Below, in pieces: positions 19,801 through 28,611 of a DNA stretch of 64,000 nt. The DNA comes from Promethearchaeia archaeon (GTDB lineage Archaea; Asgardarchaeota; Lokiarchaeia; Sigyniarchaeales; SOKP01). A program made the position numbers and the translations under genes. The notes under the pieces are model-generated. The model made no database searches. It had not been told where the DNA came from and was given only the letters and a program-made list of their open reading frames with translations. Numbering within the stretch: the stretch's first letter is position 1; every line of letters starts with the position of its first letter. The DNA lies in assembly GCA_046483985.1 (NCBI GenBank), contig JAWOCD010000017.1:46024-110023 (forward strand), in the 5' to 3' direction.

Positions 19801-21514
19801 TATGCCGACATAAACAGATTTATGTCGGGTCTTATGACCTATCAGTTCATATAATATAATTCACCCATCTCCTGTTTCATAAACAGATATAAAGGGTTTT
19901 AATAACTGTAGATTGGCCCTAGTTTATTGATCTGATTAGAATCTTTTTTTTCTCTGCTGATTGCGCCCCTTACCTTTAAATATTAACATGAATTAGAGAA
20001 GTTAAGGAGTATAAAAGTTTACTATGATTATATTGGAATATAAGCGAAAAGATTCGATTTATCAAAAACAAATAACGGATCGGCTCTATGGATTAGAAAT
20101 ACGGCGATTTAACGGAAACATTCCAAAAGAACGTTATAAAGCAGAGAAATTATTATCAAACGTGCCGCGTAAAAAGAAGAAAAAACGGGGGAGAAAAAAG
20201 AATTATCTCGACCAATTCTATAAAATTGATCATTTTCTCAAGCGAGGAGAGTTGACCGAGATAAAACCCCATTATCTTTTACGATTCCGACATGTAGAGA
20301 TTTTACCAGCCTTTAAAGTAAAGGCTCAGGGCATTCGAAAGGTAGAATATCTGATGCTCAAAGAATATAAATCATTTACGGGATTTTTTGAATATCTTAC
20401 AATGTGTAATGATTTTACCTACTTCGATGCCCTTCAGGTGAAATTAGAGGGAGAGGGAATAACATTTCGGAATAAGTTTTTGCATGACATCATCCTTTAT
20501 GAACTCGCACGGATTCAGATCGGCATAGATACCTATACGGGTTTTATGAATACCGTGAGATTTATGCAACCGTTATTTTTAAGGAACCTCTTACATGACC
20601 CGGATTACTTTCCCGATGTGGATACCGTCAGCCATGTGTTGAGAGCCGTTCCGCTTGAAGCCTTAAAGAAGTACTTCTTTAAGTTGGTGGATGAGGCATT
20701 TCAATTCAAGATTGCTAAAAGTCGAATACTGATCTGGGACTGCCAATTCGTGCATTCAAATAGCAGTGACCGGTATCATGCAACAGAAGGGAGTTATACT
20801 GACGAAGATGCGAGGTTTTGTAAGCATAATGGAAAAAATTACGGTGTGGGCTATAAAGTCTCCACCATTTATGGTTACTGCGGAACACGGTCGGTGCCTC
20901 TTTTTTGCAAGTTATTTCCGGGAAATCAAGACGAATATTCCGTATTTCGGGACACTTTCGAGCAGTATTTTCAATTGGGATATCCCAAACCACAGATCAT
21001 TTTAGGCGACGGAGGTCCTTATTCCATTGAGATTTTACGATGGCTCTTTAATCTGGAGATTGTCCCTCTCATAAAAGGGAGAAAAAATATTAAACATCAG
21101 AACGTGAAGAAGTTAAGCGATAAATACTATGTAAATATGGATTTTGTCCCGTATAATTGGAGTAAGGATGAGCTTCTTACCATTATGAGAGTTAGATCCG
21201 AAATTGAGCGATGCTTCGCCCATAACACGGTAGTCTACAACGCTCGCCGGGCGAATGTGCGGGGTATTCAAATGGTTTCCAAACATCGCTACTTGATTTT
21301 AATCTTAGACCTTCTTAAAATTCTGACCGCCTACAAAATCGGGCGCCCCGACTTAATCGGGAAATGCCGTATCTTTACACGGACAAAACATGTGAATTTT
21401 GAGGCGGTTTTCCCTCCGCTTGCGGAAGAGAAAGGATATCAGACATTCCCGCCTCGTGAACGAAAAATGGCGACGAAATTCTTCCATCCATAATTGAGAT
21501 TTCCGTCGGTCTTA
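19801..21514 (+). mobile_element. Insertion sequence, DDE type (IS4/IS5-like); ends approximate
   Basis: Transposase flanked by related motifs: CCGACATAAA-CAGA-TTTATGTCGGGTCTTA (19805-19834) and GATTTCCGTCGGTCTTA (21498-21514). Confidence 0.6.
20024..21493 (+). CDS. DDE transposase (DDE_Tnp_1-like)
   Basis: IWDCQFV (D1), YGVGYKV, LGDGGPYS (D2), RSEIERCFA (E). Confidence 0.85.
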   Translation: MIILEYKRKDSIYQKQITDRLYGLEIRRFNGNIPKERYKAEKLLSNVPRKKKKKRGRKKNYLDQFYKIDHFLKRGELTEIKPHYLLRFRHVEILPAFKVKAQGIRKVEYLMLKEYKSFTGFFEYLTMCNDFTYFDALQVKLEGEGITFRNKFLHDIILYELARIQIGIDTYTGFMNTVRFMQPLFLRNLLHDPDYFPDVDTVSHVLRAVPLEALKKYFFKLVDEAFQFKIAKSRILIWDCQFVHSNSSDRYHATEGSYTDEDARFCKHNGKNYGVGYKVSTIYGYCGTRSVPLFCKLFPGNQDEYSVFRDTFEQYFQLGYPKPQIILGDGGPYSIEILRWLFNLEIVPLIKGRKNIKHQNVKKLSDKYYVNMDFVPYNWSKDELLTIMRVRSEIERCFAHNTVVYNARRANVRGIQMVSKHRYLILILDLLKILTAYKIGRPDLIGKCRIFTRTKHVNFEAVFPPLAEEKGYQTFPPRERKMATKFFHP

Positions 21515-21647
21515 AAATAACAATTTTCAAAAATAAATTATTCTTATATCTTGATAGATAAACTCTTATTTGAAAATCATTAAATATTTTTCTTTTGGTT
21601 AGTTAATATATTTAATATAATAATTTATCTTTAGGGAAGTTTTTGAA

Positions 21648-22424
21648 TTGATACATAACATCTTAATTTTAAAAAGATCTGGAGAAAATCTGTTTGGGAA
21701 GGGTTTTCCAACGGAAAAGCATGAAGAAGATATTATTAAGTGGAATGATACCCTCACAAGCGGCTTTATATCAGCAATGTTTGGATTTACACAGAAAACT
21801 TTTAAAGCAGATATAAACGATATTGAGATCGGTCCTTTTCGTGTACTGTTTGAAAGTGCTGGAGAAAGTGAAGAAGATTCTGATGATCTAATTCTTGCAG
21901 CATTCTTTGATAGACAAGATTCTATCATTAATGTCAGAGAAAAACTGCTAAAACTCAAGAAAATAATTAATGAAGATTATTGTGAAGCATTGAGTCAAAA
22001 TCTCTGCGATAAAGAAGCTTTTGTGGGTTTAGAGAAGGATATTGAGAAAGTTATGGAGATTTCTTCGGATAAGAGACTTAACTCAGAGACAGAAGATCAA
22101 TTAAAAACCACATTAAATGATTTCCGTTCAAATTCAGAGATTTTAGACTGTGATCTTATTACTGTTTCAGGAGTACCTCTGGCAAAAGAATGGAAACGAG
22201 AGTTCTTACAATTATGCTTGAGGCAAATTGATGCTTTTTGGAAGTCTAAACAGTATGTCGTCGATCAAATCATAATCTCTTACCGAAAACGCCATGTTAT
22301 CTTGTATAAAGTGAATGAGCAATTCGTATTGACAGCGCTCTTAAGGAGAAAAACTCCACTCGGGATGGCAACCCTCCTTGTTGAAGAGGCTGCAACGAAA
22401 ATAAATAAAATAAGTGTGAAATAA
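21648..22424 (+). CDS. Longin-like plus roadblock domain fusion
   Basis: N-terminal IHNILILKRSGENLF...LTSGFISAMFGF (Asgard longin pattern); C-terminal DLITVSGVPLA...VLTALL..KTPLGMA (roadblock). Confidence 0.7.
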   Translation: MIHNILILKRSGENLFGKGFPTEKHEEDIIKWNDTLTSGFISAMFGFTQKTFKADINDIEIGPFRVLFESAGESEEDSDDLILAAFFDRQDSIINVREKLLKLKKIINEDYCEALSQNLCDKEAFVGLEKDIEKVMEISSDKRLNSETEDQLKTTLNDFRSNSEILDCDLITVSGVPLAKEWKREFLQLCLRQIDAFWKSKQYVVDQIIISYRKRHVILYKVNEQFVLTALLRRKTPLGMATLLVEEAATKINKISVK

Positions 22425-22465
22425 TAAAAATTATTGACATAGGCAATACTGAGGGATAAAAAATA

Positions 22466-22876
22466 ATGGGATTATTGTCCAAAATATTTGGAAGTAAAGA
22501 GATTGAATCTGTAAAAGAGTTAGAGAAAAAACTTTCTTCGGTCCATAGAAATACTCAATGTACTATTCTCAGTTTTATTGGACTAAAGGGCAGATTGAAG
22601 GGCTTACCTCTAATTTATGAGGCAAAAGATGAGAAAAAATTAAAGCAAATTACCGCCCAATTAATTGAATTTTTTCCCTCTCTTCATAAGTTAACACTCG
22701 GCGGAAACGTGGAGAAGTTTAATATTGAGTTTAAAAAAAACTCGCTTTTCTTTAAAGAAATTACGAATAAAATAGGCTTTTTTGCAGTTGCAGAAAAATT
22801 TGAATATTTAAACGAGGCTGACGAGTGGCTCAGTAATAATTTCAATTCAATTTATAACATATTTTTGGTAAAATAA
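22466..22876 (+). CDS. Hypothetical protein, possible roadblock/profilin-like fold
   Basis: 136 aa alpha/beta pattern, GLPLIY; MGLLSKIFG amphipathic N-terminus; same strand as the longin-roadblock gene. Confidence 0.5.
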   Translation: MGLLSKIFGSKEIESVKELEKKLSSVHRNTQCTILSFIGLKGRLKGLPLIYEAKDEKKLKQITAQLIEFFPSLHKLTLGGNVEKFNIEFKKNSLFFKEITNKIGFFAVAEKFEYLNEADEWLSNNFNSIYNIFLVK

Positions 22877-22893
22877 TAAGGAAATATATATAT

Positions 22894-23454
22894 TCAAGCC
22901 AATTTTAAAAAATCAGCATCGGTTATAATTCCGATGTACTTGTCAAACTCTTTTACCAAAACCGCGGGGTAATTCGTTAACAATTGGGAGACCGTACTGA
23001 TTTTCCATGATTTCTGGATCTCCGGAAAAGGTAACTCTTTTAAATGTTCTATGCTAATATTCGACAGATCTGGATGCTCCGCAATGTACTTTTGTATCCG
23101 TTTGGCGGTGAGGCTCCCCAGATTTTGATTACTCTCTAAAATAGGCAGTTGGGAGATCTGATGTTTATTCATTAGTTCAATTGCCTCTGTTATGGTGGAT
23201 TCTATGCCGATCGAAACAATTTCCTCCGTCATAATATTTTCCGCTGTCTTTTTAATTTTGTTTTTCTCTATTTTTTTACCGATTAAAAAATTGTACACTA
23301 ATTTCACCTTGGAGTAAGGAGGATCAATCCTTCCGGTTTCAATTCGAGATATACTTGATTGTGGAATATTCAATTCTTCCGCCAAATCAGTCTGAGAGAT
23401 TCCCAATTGTTTCCTTAACTTTTTTAATTCAGATAATTGGGGCAAAAATTTCAT
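22894..23454 (-). CDS. XRE-HTH plus CBS-pair transcriptional regulator
   Basis: LRKQLGISQTDLA...QSSISRIETG..DP, then ISQLP and GIITDAD CBS motifs. Confidence 0.9.
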   Translation of the reverse strand: MKFLPQLSELKKLRKQLGISQTDLAEELNIPQSSISRIETGRIDPPYSKVKLVYNFLIGKKIEKNKIKKTAENIMTEEIVSIGIESTITEAIELMNKHQISQLPILESNQNLGSLTAKRIQKYIAEHPDLSNISIEHLKELPFPEIQKSWKISTVSQLLTNYPAVLVKEFDKYIGIITDADFLKLA

Positions 23455-23640
23455 TTTTATAAGCTATAGCTTTAGTTTTATTAAAATAATCCCTCCATAT
23501 CAATTTGCAACTAATAAAAAATAAATATATATCTTAATAATTGATTGGAGACCATTTTTCATTCTTAGATTAGATAGGTTTTATTATCAAATAGAAAGGA
23601 ATTGTTGCATGCTTTCAGTGATTTTTCAAATTATTTGATC

Positions 23641-23669
23641 TATGCATATCTTATGCATTAAATGCATAA
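23641..23669. promoter_or_regulatory. Putative operator palindrome
   Basis: TTATGCATT-A-AATGCATAA (23651-23669) plus TATGCATA (23641-23648), between the regulator and the divergent DUF39 operon. Confidence 0.55.
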
Positions 23670-23799
23670 TCTAAAAATTAATATTTATATTTTAAAGATT
23701 TTTTTCTAAGATATCTCTCTAAGATATTTTTTATACTCTTAACATTTAGAAAATATTAATATTAAATGTAATTAAATATTGTCTCACATAGGTGATTAA

Positions 23800-25278
23800 G
23801 TGACTAAAACTTATGCGGAAATAAATAAGAAAATTGAAAAAGGAACTGCTGTTGTAGTTACTGCAGAGGAAATGATTAATATTGTTGATGAACAAGGGGT
23901 AAAAGTTGCTGCAGAGGAGGTTGATGTTGTTACGACTGGTACTTTTGGTCCAATGTGTTCGAGCGGCGCTTTTTTAAATTTTGGACATAGTGATCCTCCT
24001 ATAAAGTTTGAACATCTTTGGCTAAATGATGTTCATGCTTATCATGGGAATGCAGCTGTAGATTGCTATATTGGAGCAACACGATTGGCTGATAAGAGTC
24101 CCTATGAATATGGGGGAGGGCATGTCATAGAAGACTTAGTTGCAGGTAGACCCGTTCGTTTACGGGGCAATTCTTATACGACAGATTGTTATCCCCTCGG
24201 TGAGATTGACACGGAACTCACCCTCAATGATCTGAACCAAGCTATTTTATGCAATCCAAGAAACGTATATCAAAGGTATTCATGTGCCGTCAATAGTACT
24301 GAAAAAACACTTTATACATATATGGGCAAATTATTACCAGAATTCGGAAATGGCCATTATGCGGGTGCGGGATCCCTAAATCCTTTATCCAATGATCCCG
24401 ATTATGAAACTATTGGTTTGGGTACACGCATCTTTTTAGGTGGTGGAAAAGGGTACGTTATTGGAGAGGGAACGCAACATAATCCTAAAGATCGATTTGG
24501 AACGCTTTTTGTAAAAGGAAATCTAAAAGATATGAGTTCGGAATACTTGAGAGGAGCCACCTTCAAGAATTATGGTTCCACTATGTTTGTTGGGGTAGGG
24601 ATACCCATTCCCATCTTAAATGAAGGATTAGCTAAGAAAACTGCAGTAAAAGACGAAGATATTATTACTGAAATAGTTGATTATGGTGTTCCCCGGCGCG
24701 ATCGTCCTACACTTAAAAAGACAAATTATAAAGAACTAAAAGAAGGAAGTATTCAACTAAATGGGAAAACAATTAAAGTTTCTTCCTTATCTTCAGTCTA
24801 TTATGCCAGAAAAATTGCAAACGAATTAAAAGAATGGATCCAAGACGGGGATTTCCTCCTATCTCAGCCGATAGAAAGATTATCTCGTGAAAGGGAGTTT
24901 AAACCAATGAGACAGACAAAAGAAATGGAGTTTGTGAAAGATTTAAAACGGAACGCGATGATATGTTACGAAGATTGCGATATTAAAGTGGTCGCCGAGA
25001 AGATAATTGAAGGGGATATTAATCATGTGATTGTCACCGATAAAGAACATCATTTAGAGGGAATTGTGACGAGTTTTGATATTACGCGAGCTATTGCAGA
25101 AGAAAAAAACGATATTAAAGATATTACTACAAAAAAAGTTATTACCGCTAAGGATGATGAACCCATCGATATTGCTGCCAGAAGAATGCGTGTAAATAAT
25201 ATTTCGGCTTTGCCTGTTATTGATGAAAATAACATAGTTACAGGAATTCTTACCTCGGAGGAGTTGATGTCAAGATGA
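23800..25278 (+). CDS. Homocysteine biosynthesis protein (DUF39, aspartate-semialdehyde sulfurtransferase, MA1821-like) with C-terminal CBS pair
   Basis: KTYAEINKKI..G.AVVVTAEE, VDVVTTGTFGPMCSSGA, YGGGHVIEDL, NPRN.YQ, TYMG; CBS tail. Confidence 0.92.
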   Translation: MTKTYAEINKKIEKGTAVVVTAEEMINIVDEQGVKVAAEEVDVVTTGTFGPMCSSGAFLNFGHSDPPIKFEHLWLNDVHAYHGNAAVDCYIGATRLADKSPYEYGGGHVIEDLVAGRPVRLRGNSYTTDCYPLGEIDTELTLNDLNQAILCNPRNVYQRYSCAVNSTEKTLYTYMGKLLPEFGNGHYAGAGSLNPLSNDPDYETIGLGTRIFLGGGKGYVIGEGTQHNPKDRFGTLFVKGNLKDMSSEYLRGATFKNYGSTMFVGVGIPIPILNEGLAKKTAVKDEDIITEIVDYGVPRRDRPTLKKTNYKELKEGSIQLNGKTIKVSSLSSVYYARKIANELKEWIQDGDFLLSQPIERLSREREFKPMRQTKEMEFVKDLKRNAMICYEDCDIKVVAEKIIEGDINHVIVTDKEHHLEGIVTSFDITRAIAEEKNDIKDITTKKVITAKDDEPIDIAARRMRVNNISALPVIDENNIVTGILTSEELMSR

Positions 25279-25670
25279 CAATTATAAATGTGACAGTTCC
25301 GTTTCGATTAATAAAAGAAATAAAGGACTACTCCGAAATTATCAATACGATCCTAGAACATGATGTCTCGTTTAATATTTTGAAATTTTCTCTCGGTTCT
25401 AATGGCGTTTCCCTTCTATTGGATGTTCCAGAAGAGAAAATCAAAACCATAACTGAGTCATTAGAAAAAAATGAGGTTATCGTTAACCAAAAAGGACAGG
25501 TTATTATCGACTTTGAACTATGTACTCATTGTGGCGGGTGTATTTCCCTATGCCCTACTGATGCATTGCACTTCGATGAGGAAGATAAACTGAATTATTC
25601 AGAAGGAAAATGTATCAGCTGCTTATTATGTTTGGATTCCTGTCCCAGAAATGCTATTGATGAGAGTTAA
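25275..25670 (+). CDS. NIL plus 2x[4Fe-4S] ferredoxin (MA1822-like partner)
   Basis: CTHCGGCISLCP and CISCLLCLDSCP; ATGA overlap with the DUF39 gene. Confidence 0.85.
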   Translation: MTIINVTVPFRLIKEIKDYSEIINTILEHDVSFNILKFSLGSNGVSLLLDVPEEKIKTITESLEKNEVIVNQKGQVIIDFELCTHCGGCISLCPTDALHFDEEDKLNYSEGKCISCLLCLDSCPRNAIDES

Positions 25671-25673
25671 TTT

Positions 25674-25799
25674 CCACATCAATCTTTCGATTTTCTATGG
25701 TTAGTTTATTTTGGAGATAAAATTACCGCGAAATGCACATTAACTAAAGTTGAAAAAGAAGAAAATCGGATTATCTTTGGTATGGAATGTTTTAACGAT
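25674..25799 (+). pseudogene. MaoC/hot-dog dehydratase C-terminal fragment
   Basis: Translates PHQSFDFLWLVYFGDKITAKCTLTKVEKEENRIIFGMECFND; no upstream start; abuts the IS-type hairpin. Confidence 0.5.
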
Positions 25800-25800
25800 C

Positions 25801-25845
25801 TGCGAAAGAAGTCCCCATCCCTTTAGGGAGGGGATGAATTTCGTA
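25801..25845 (+). mobile_element. IS200/IS605-type left-end hairpin (solo)
   Basis: TGCGAAAGAAGTCCCCATCCCTTTAGGGAGGGGATGAATTTCGTA: outer stem TGCGAAA/TTTCGTA, inner CTTTAG-loop hairpin. Confidence 0.6.
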
Positions 25846-25905
25846 TATTATACAAACATTTTCTCTGGCGGAAAGATACAAAAAATAAAAAAATTAAATT
25901 GAGAC

Positions 25906-26679
25906 TTAGATTTTCCCTTTCCGTTTCATGATATAAAATATTCCGATCGTCAGCGAAACTCCTGAGATAACAAGTAATGGAATTATCCAGAGAAAGGGAT
26001 CTCCATTCTCTGAATCATCAGTGTTATTGTTATTTGATGTATAAGAGGAGGTAGATAATTCTACCTGGTAGATTACTGTACCATTGTGTTCGATAGTAAA
26101 TCTGTTGGAGAGCCCCTTATCCGTGTAATACCAAGATAGATTATACTCTTTGTTGCTTTCATAACTGTGAAATTCTGTTAGTATCCCATCCGAAATAGTA
26201 TAATAAGAGTCGTTGAATCGATTTTTAGTTTCATATGTTTCATTTAATGCATCCGCGTAGGCTTCTACGTGATTGGAAGGAATAAGAACTCCGGTATCCG
26301 TATCCCAACCTCGTGTAAAATTTAAGGTTTCTGATGATGAGTTAAAAAACACATATTGAGCATTTTCCATCACGATATCCTCTATTTGGGAGGAACTATT
26401 ATAGGCTGTAAGAGTTACATTAATTTGGGCTGTATCCAGCCCTGAACTAGTTATGGAATCAATAGTCATTTGAAACTCAGAATTTTCAGGAAGATATTTA
26501 TTGGAACCGTTATTTTCCGTCACAGTCCACTCGTAAACTTGACCTTCATTGATTTGCCATTCTATATCTTCTGCAGAAACTTTAATCCCCCTTATAGGAG
26601 TAATGGTCATTCCAATTGCCATAAATATTATTAGGAGCCATGAAGTCAGAATTTTATGTGAATAATCCATAATAACCAT
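25906..26679 (-). CDS. Membrane-anchored extracellular protein
   Basis: Signal peptide, many N-x-S/T sequons, S/N/T linker, C-terminal TM plus KRKGK. Confidence 0.75.
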   Translation of the reverse strand: MVIMDYSHKILTSWLLIIFMAIGMTITPIRGIKVSAEDIEWQINEGQVYEWTVTENNGSNKYLPENSEFQMTIDSITSSGLDTAQINVTLTAYNSSSQIEDIVMENAQYVFFNSSSETLNFTRGWDTDTGVLIPSNHVEAYADALNETYETKNRFNDSYYTISDGILTEFHSYESNKEYNLSWYYTDKGLSNRFTIEHNGTVIYQVELSTSSYTSNNNNTDDSENGDPFLWIIPLLVISGVSLTIGIFYIMKRKGKI

Positions 26680-26848
26680 ATTTTTTATTTGGTGATAAAA
26701 AAAAGGATGATCTATTTAAAAGAAATAAGGTATAATTTTTCCCACATCTGAAGAAAAGGGATTTAACTTATAAGGAAAGAAGTTCTTGTCCTTTAGGTCG
26801 GGGATGAATAGTATATGCAATCCCTTTTTGGGAGTGCGTGTTCAATAC

Positions 26849-27871
26849 TTACTTCTCAGTAATGATTTCATAAATTTCATGAATACGAGGGGAATTTTTC
26901 CTCATGGAAATACATCTTTCCTCCTCGCATCCCCGAAGAATACTTATCAATTCATTAATATGAATGGTTGGAATATCCAATCTCTTATTAAATAGATCTT
27001 CCATATCATCCCTAAATTTGGGTTTACTTAACGTATATAAACACGTGGGACATGGCATTAAAAGGAAATCAGCTCCGGCATTTGTAGCACTCTCTAGTTT
27101 CTTGAAAGTAACTTTTAATGCATCTTCACTATGTAGTACAATTTGACTTGCCCCCCAACCACAGCACCCCTCATACTCTTTATAATCTACCGCCTCTCCG
27201 CCGAAAAGTGTAACAAAATCTTCCAATTTATGTTTATCCCCTAAATAGGACGTCATATTTTTCTTGTCCCTATCTAAGTTTAGATAATGGCATCCGTAAT
27301 GAGAGGCAACTTTTAATCCCTTTAAATCAAACTTCAGAGTACTCAGCACTTGATTCCGGATAAGATAAAGGAAATCCAAGTCATGAACAATCCTTAAGGC
27401 GGGGTTTTCCAGAATTTCGTATTTTTTTTCATAATCTTCATCAAATTCCTCTTTCAACCCGTTTAAGATCTCTTGGGTCTTCCGATATACCTCTTTTTCC
27501 CTCAGAAAATCCCGCCCTCGTAATAATGAATTATAGCAGCCATTACAGGAAACCAAGAGAATATCTGCTTGTCTATTTATTTCATTCAAGTTTCTCTCAT
27601 TAATTGCCGCAAATTGAGCTCTCGTGATGAGGTTTCTTTGGAAGAACGTTCCTGAACAGCATGATTGTTTATTACAGACACTAACATTTAAATCTAAATC
27701 TTCCAATAAGTCATAAATGCCCCATCTTACCCCGGGAAAATATTTTTCCAAACAAGCCTTAAATAAACAGAGCCTTTTCTCTTGAAAAAACTCAAGAGGG
27801 TTATCGGGATATTCTTTGATTATCTCGTCTATATCCAGTGCAAAATTATCGATTTCCATACTCTTCAGCAA
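26849..27871 (-). CDS. hdrB: Heterodisulfide reductase subunit B-like (two CCG domains)
   Basis: FKAC..KYFPG, QSCCSG, CNGCY, HYGCH, GCCGWG, PCPTC. Confidence 0.85.
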   Translation of the reverse strand: MLKSMEIDNFALDIDEIIKEYPDNPLEFFQEKRLCLFKACLEKYFPGVRWGIYDLLEDLDLNVSVCNKQSCCSGTFFQRNLITRAQFAAINERNLNEINRQADILLVSCNGCYNSLLRGRDFLREKEVYRKTQEILNGLKEEFDEDYEKKYEILENPALRIVHDLDFLYLIRNQVLSTLKFDLKGLKVASHYGCHYLNLDRDKKNMTSYLGDKHKLEDFVTLFGGEAVDYKEYEGCCGWGASQIVLHSEDALKVTFKKLESATNAGADFLLMPCPTCLYTLSKPKFRDDMEDLFNKRLDIPTIHINELISILRGCEEERCISMRKNSPRIHEIYEIITEK

Positions 27872-27883
27872 CTATACGTTTAA

Positions 27884-28486
27884 TTATGAATTTTTAGCTG
27901 TTTCTTTATTTTCTCTTCTTTGTTTAAGGTTTTCTAATTCTCCATATTTTTCACTTGCCTTAAACACGTATTTTATCCTGGCGAAGTCGCATATTTTATC
28001 AATCTCCTCCATGCGATCAATCGGAATTGCTTCGCCTAAAGGATCCTCTAAAACAGTCCCGTTGGTGAGAAAGCGCTCCGCCATCTTAACATATTTTGTC
28101 AAATCATTATATTTTGGACCATAACCGCGTTTAAAAGATTCATTTCTCAAATTTATTATTAACAGCGGAATATTAATCCCTTCTTTGGGACAGACTCGCT
28201 TACATCGCTCGCATAAAAAACAATACCAGATATCAGAATCCTTAAGTACACTTGTATCCCCCTTTAATACTTTTTCAATAATGTTTCGACTGTTATAATG
28301 CGAAATTTTTGCTGCGGGACAATCTCCAACACACCGACCGCAGGATATGCATTGTTGTATGTTTCTGTTTTCGCTTACATCATCTACCAGTTCTTTAAAA
28401 AAGGTTCTATCCCAATCCTCGTCAGTTTCAATTCTACTATCAAAAATCTTCTCTCCTTTTTCCTCTTTTTCTGACTTTTCTGACAT
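27884..28486 (-). CDS. hdrC: Heterodisulfide reductase subunit C-like
   Basis: CISCGRCVGDCP and WYCFLCERCKRVCP; directly upstream of hdrB. Confidence 0.85.
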   Translation of the reverse strand: MSEKSEKEEKGEKIFDSRIETDEDWDRTFFKELVDDVSENRNIQQCISCGRCVGDCPAAKISHYNSRNIIEKVLKGDTSVLKDSDIWYCFLCERCKRVCPKEGINIPLLIINLRNESFKRGYGPKYNDLTKYVKMAERFLTNGTVLEDPLGEAIPIDRMEEIDKICDFARIKYVFKASEKYGELENLKQRRENKETAKNS

Positions 28487-28611
28487 CGTATTATTTTCAA
28501 TTCTTATTGTTTCTACTTCTAGGAAAAAACATTATTAAATTTTAATTCTCACATTTTTTTGTATAAAAAAATCTCTACTATTATCTTATATTTATAACCA
28601 TTCGGTTAGTT

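Noticed and set aside
2597-28486. Selenocysteine recoding in hdrA/mvhD/hdrBC, or the 15747 structure as a SECIS
   Set aside because: No in-frame TGA in these ORFs; the structure is branched and lacks the SECIS helix with apical AA loop
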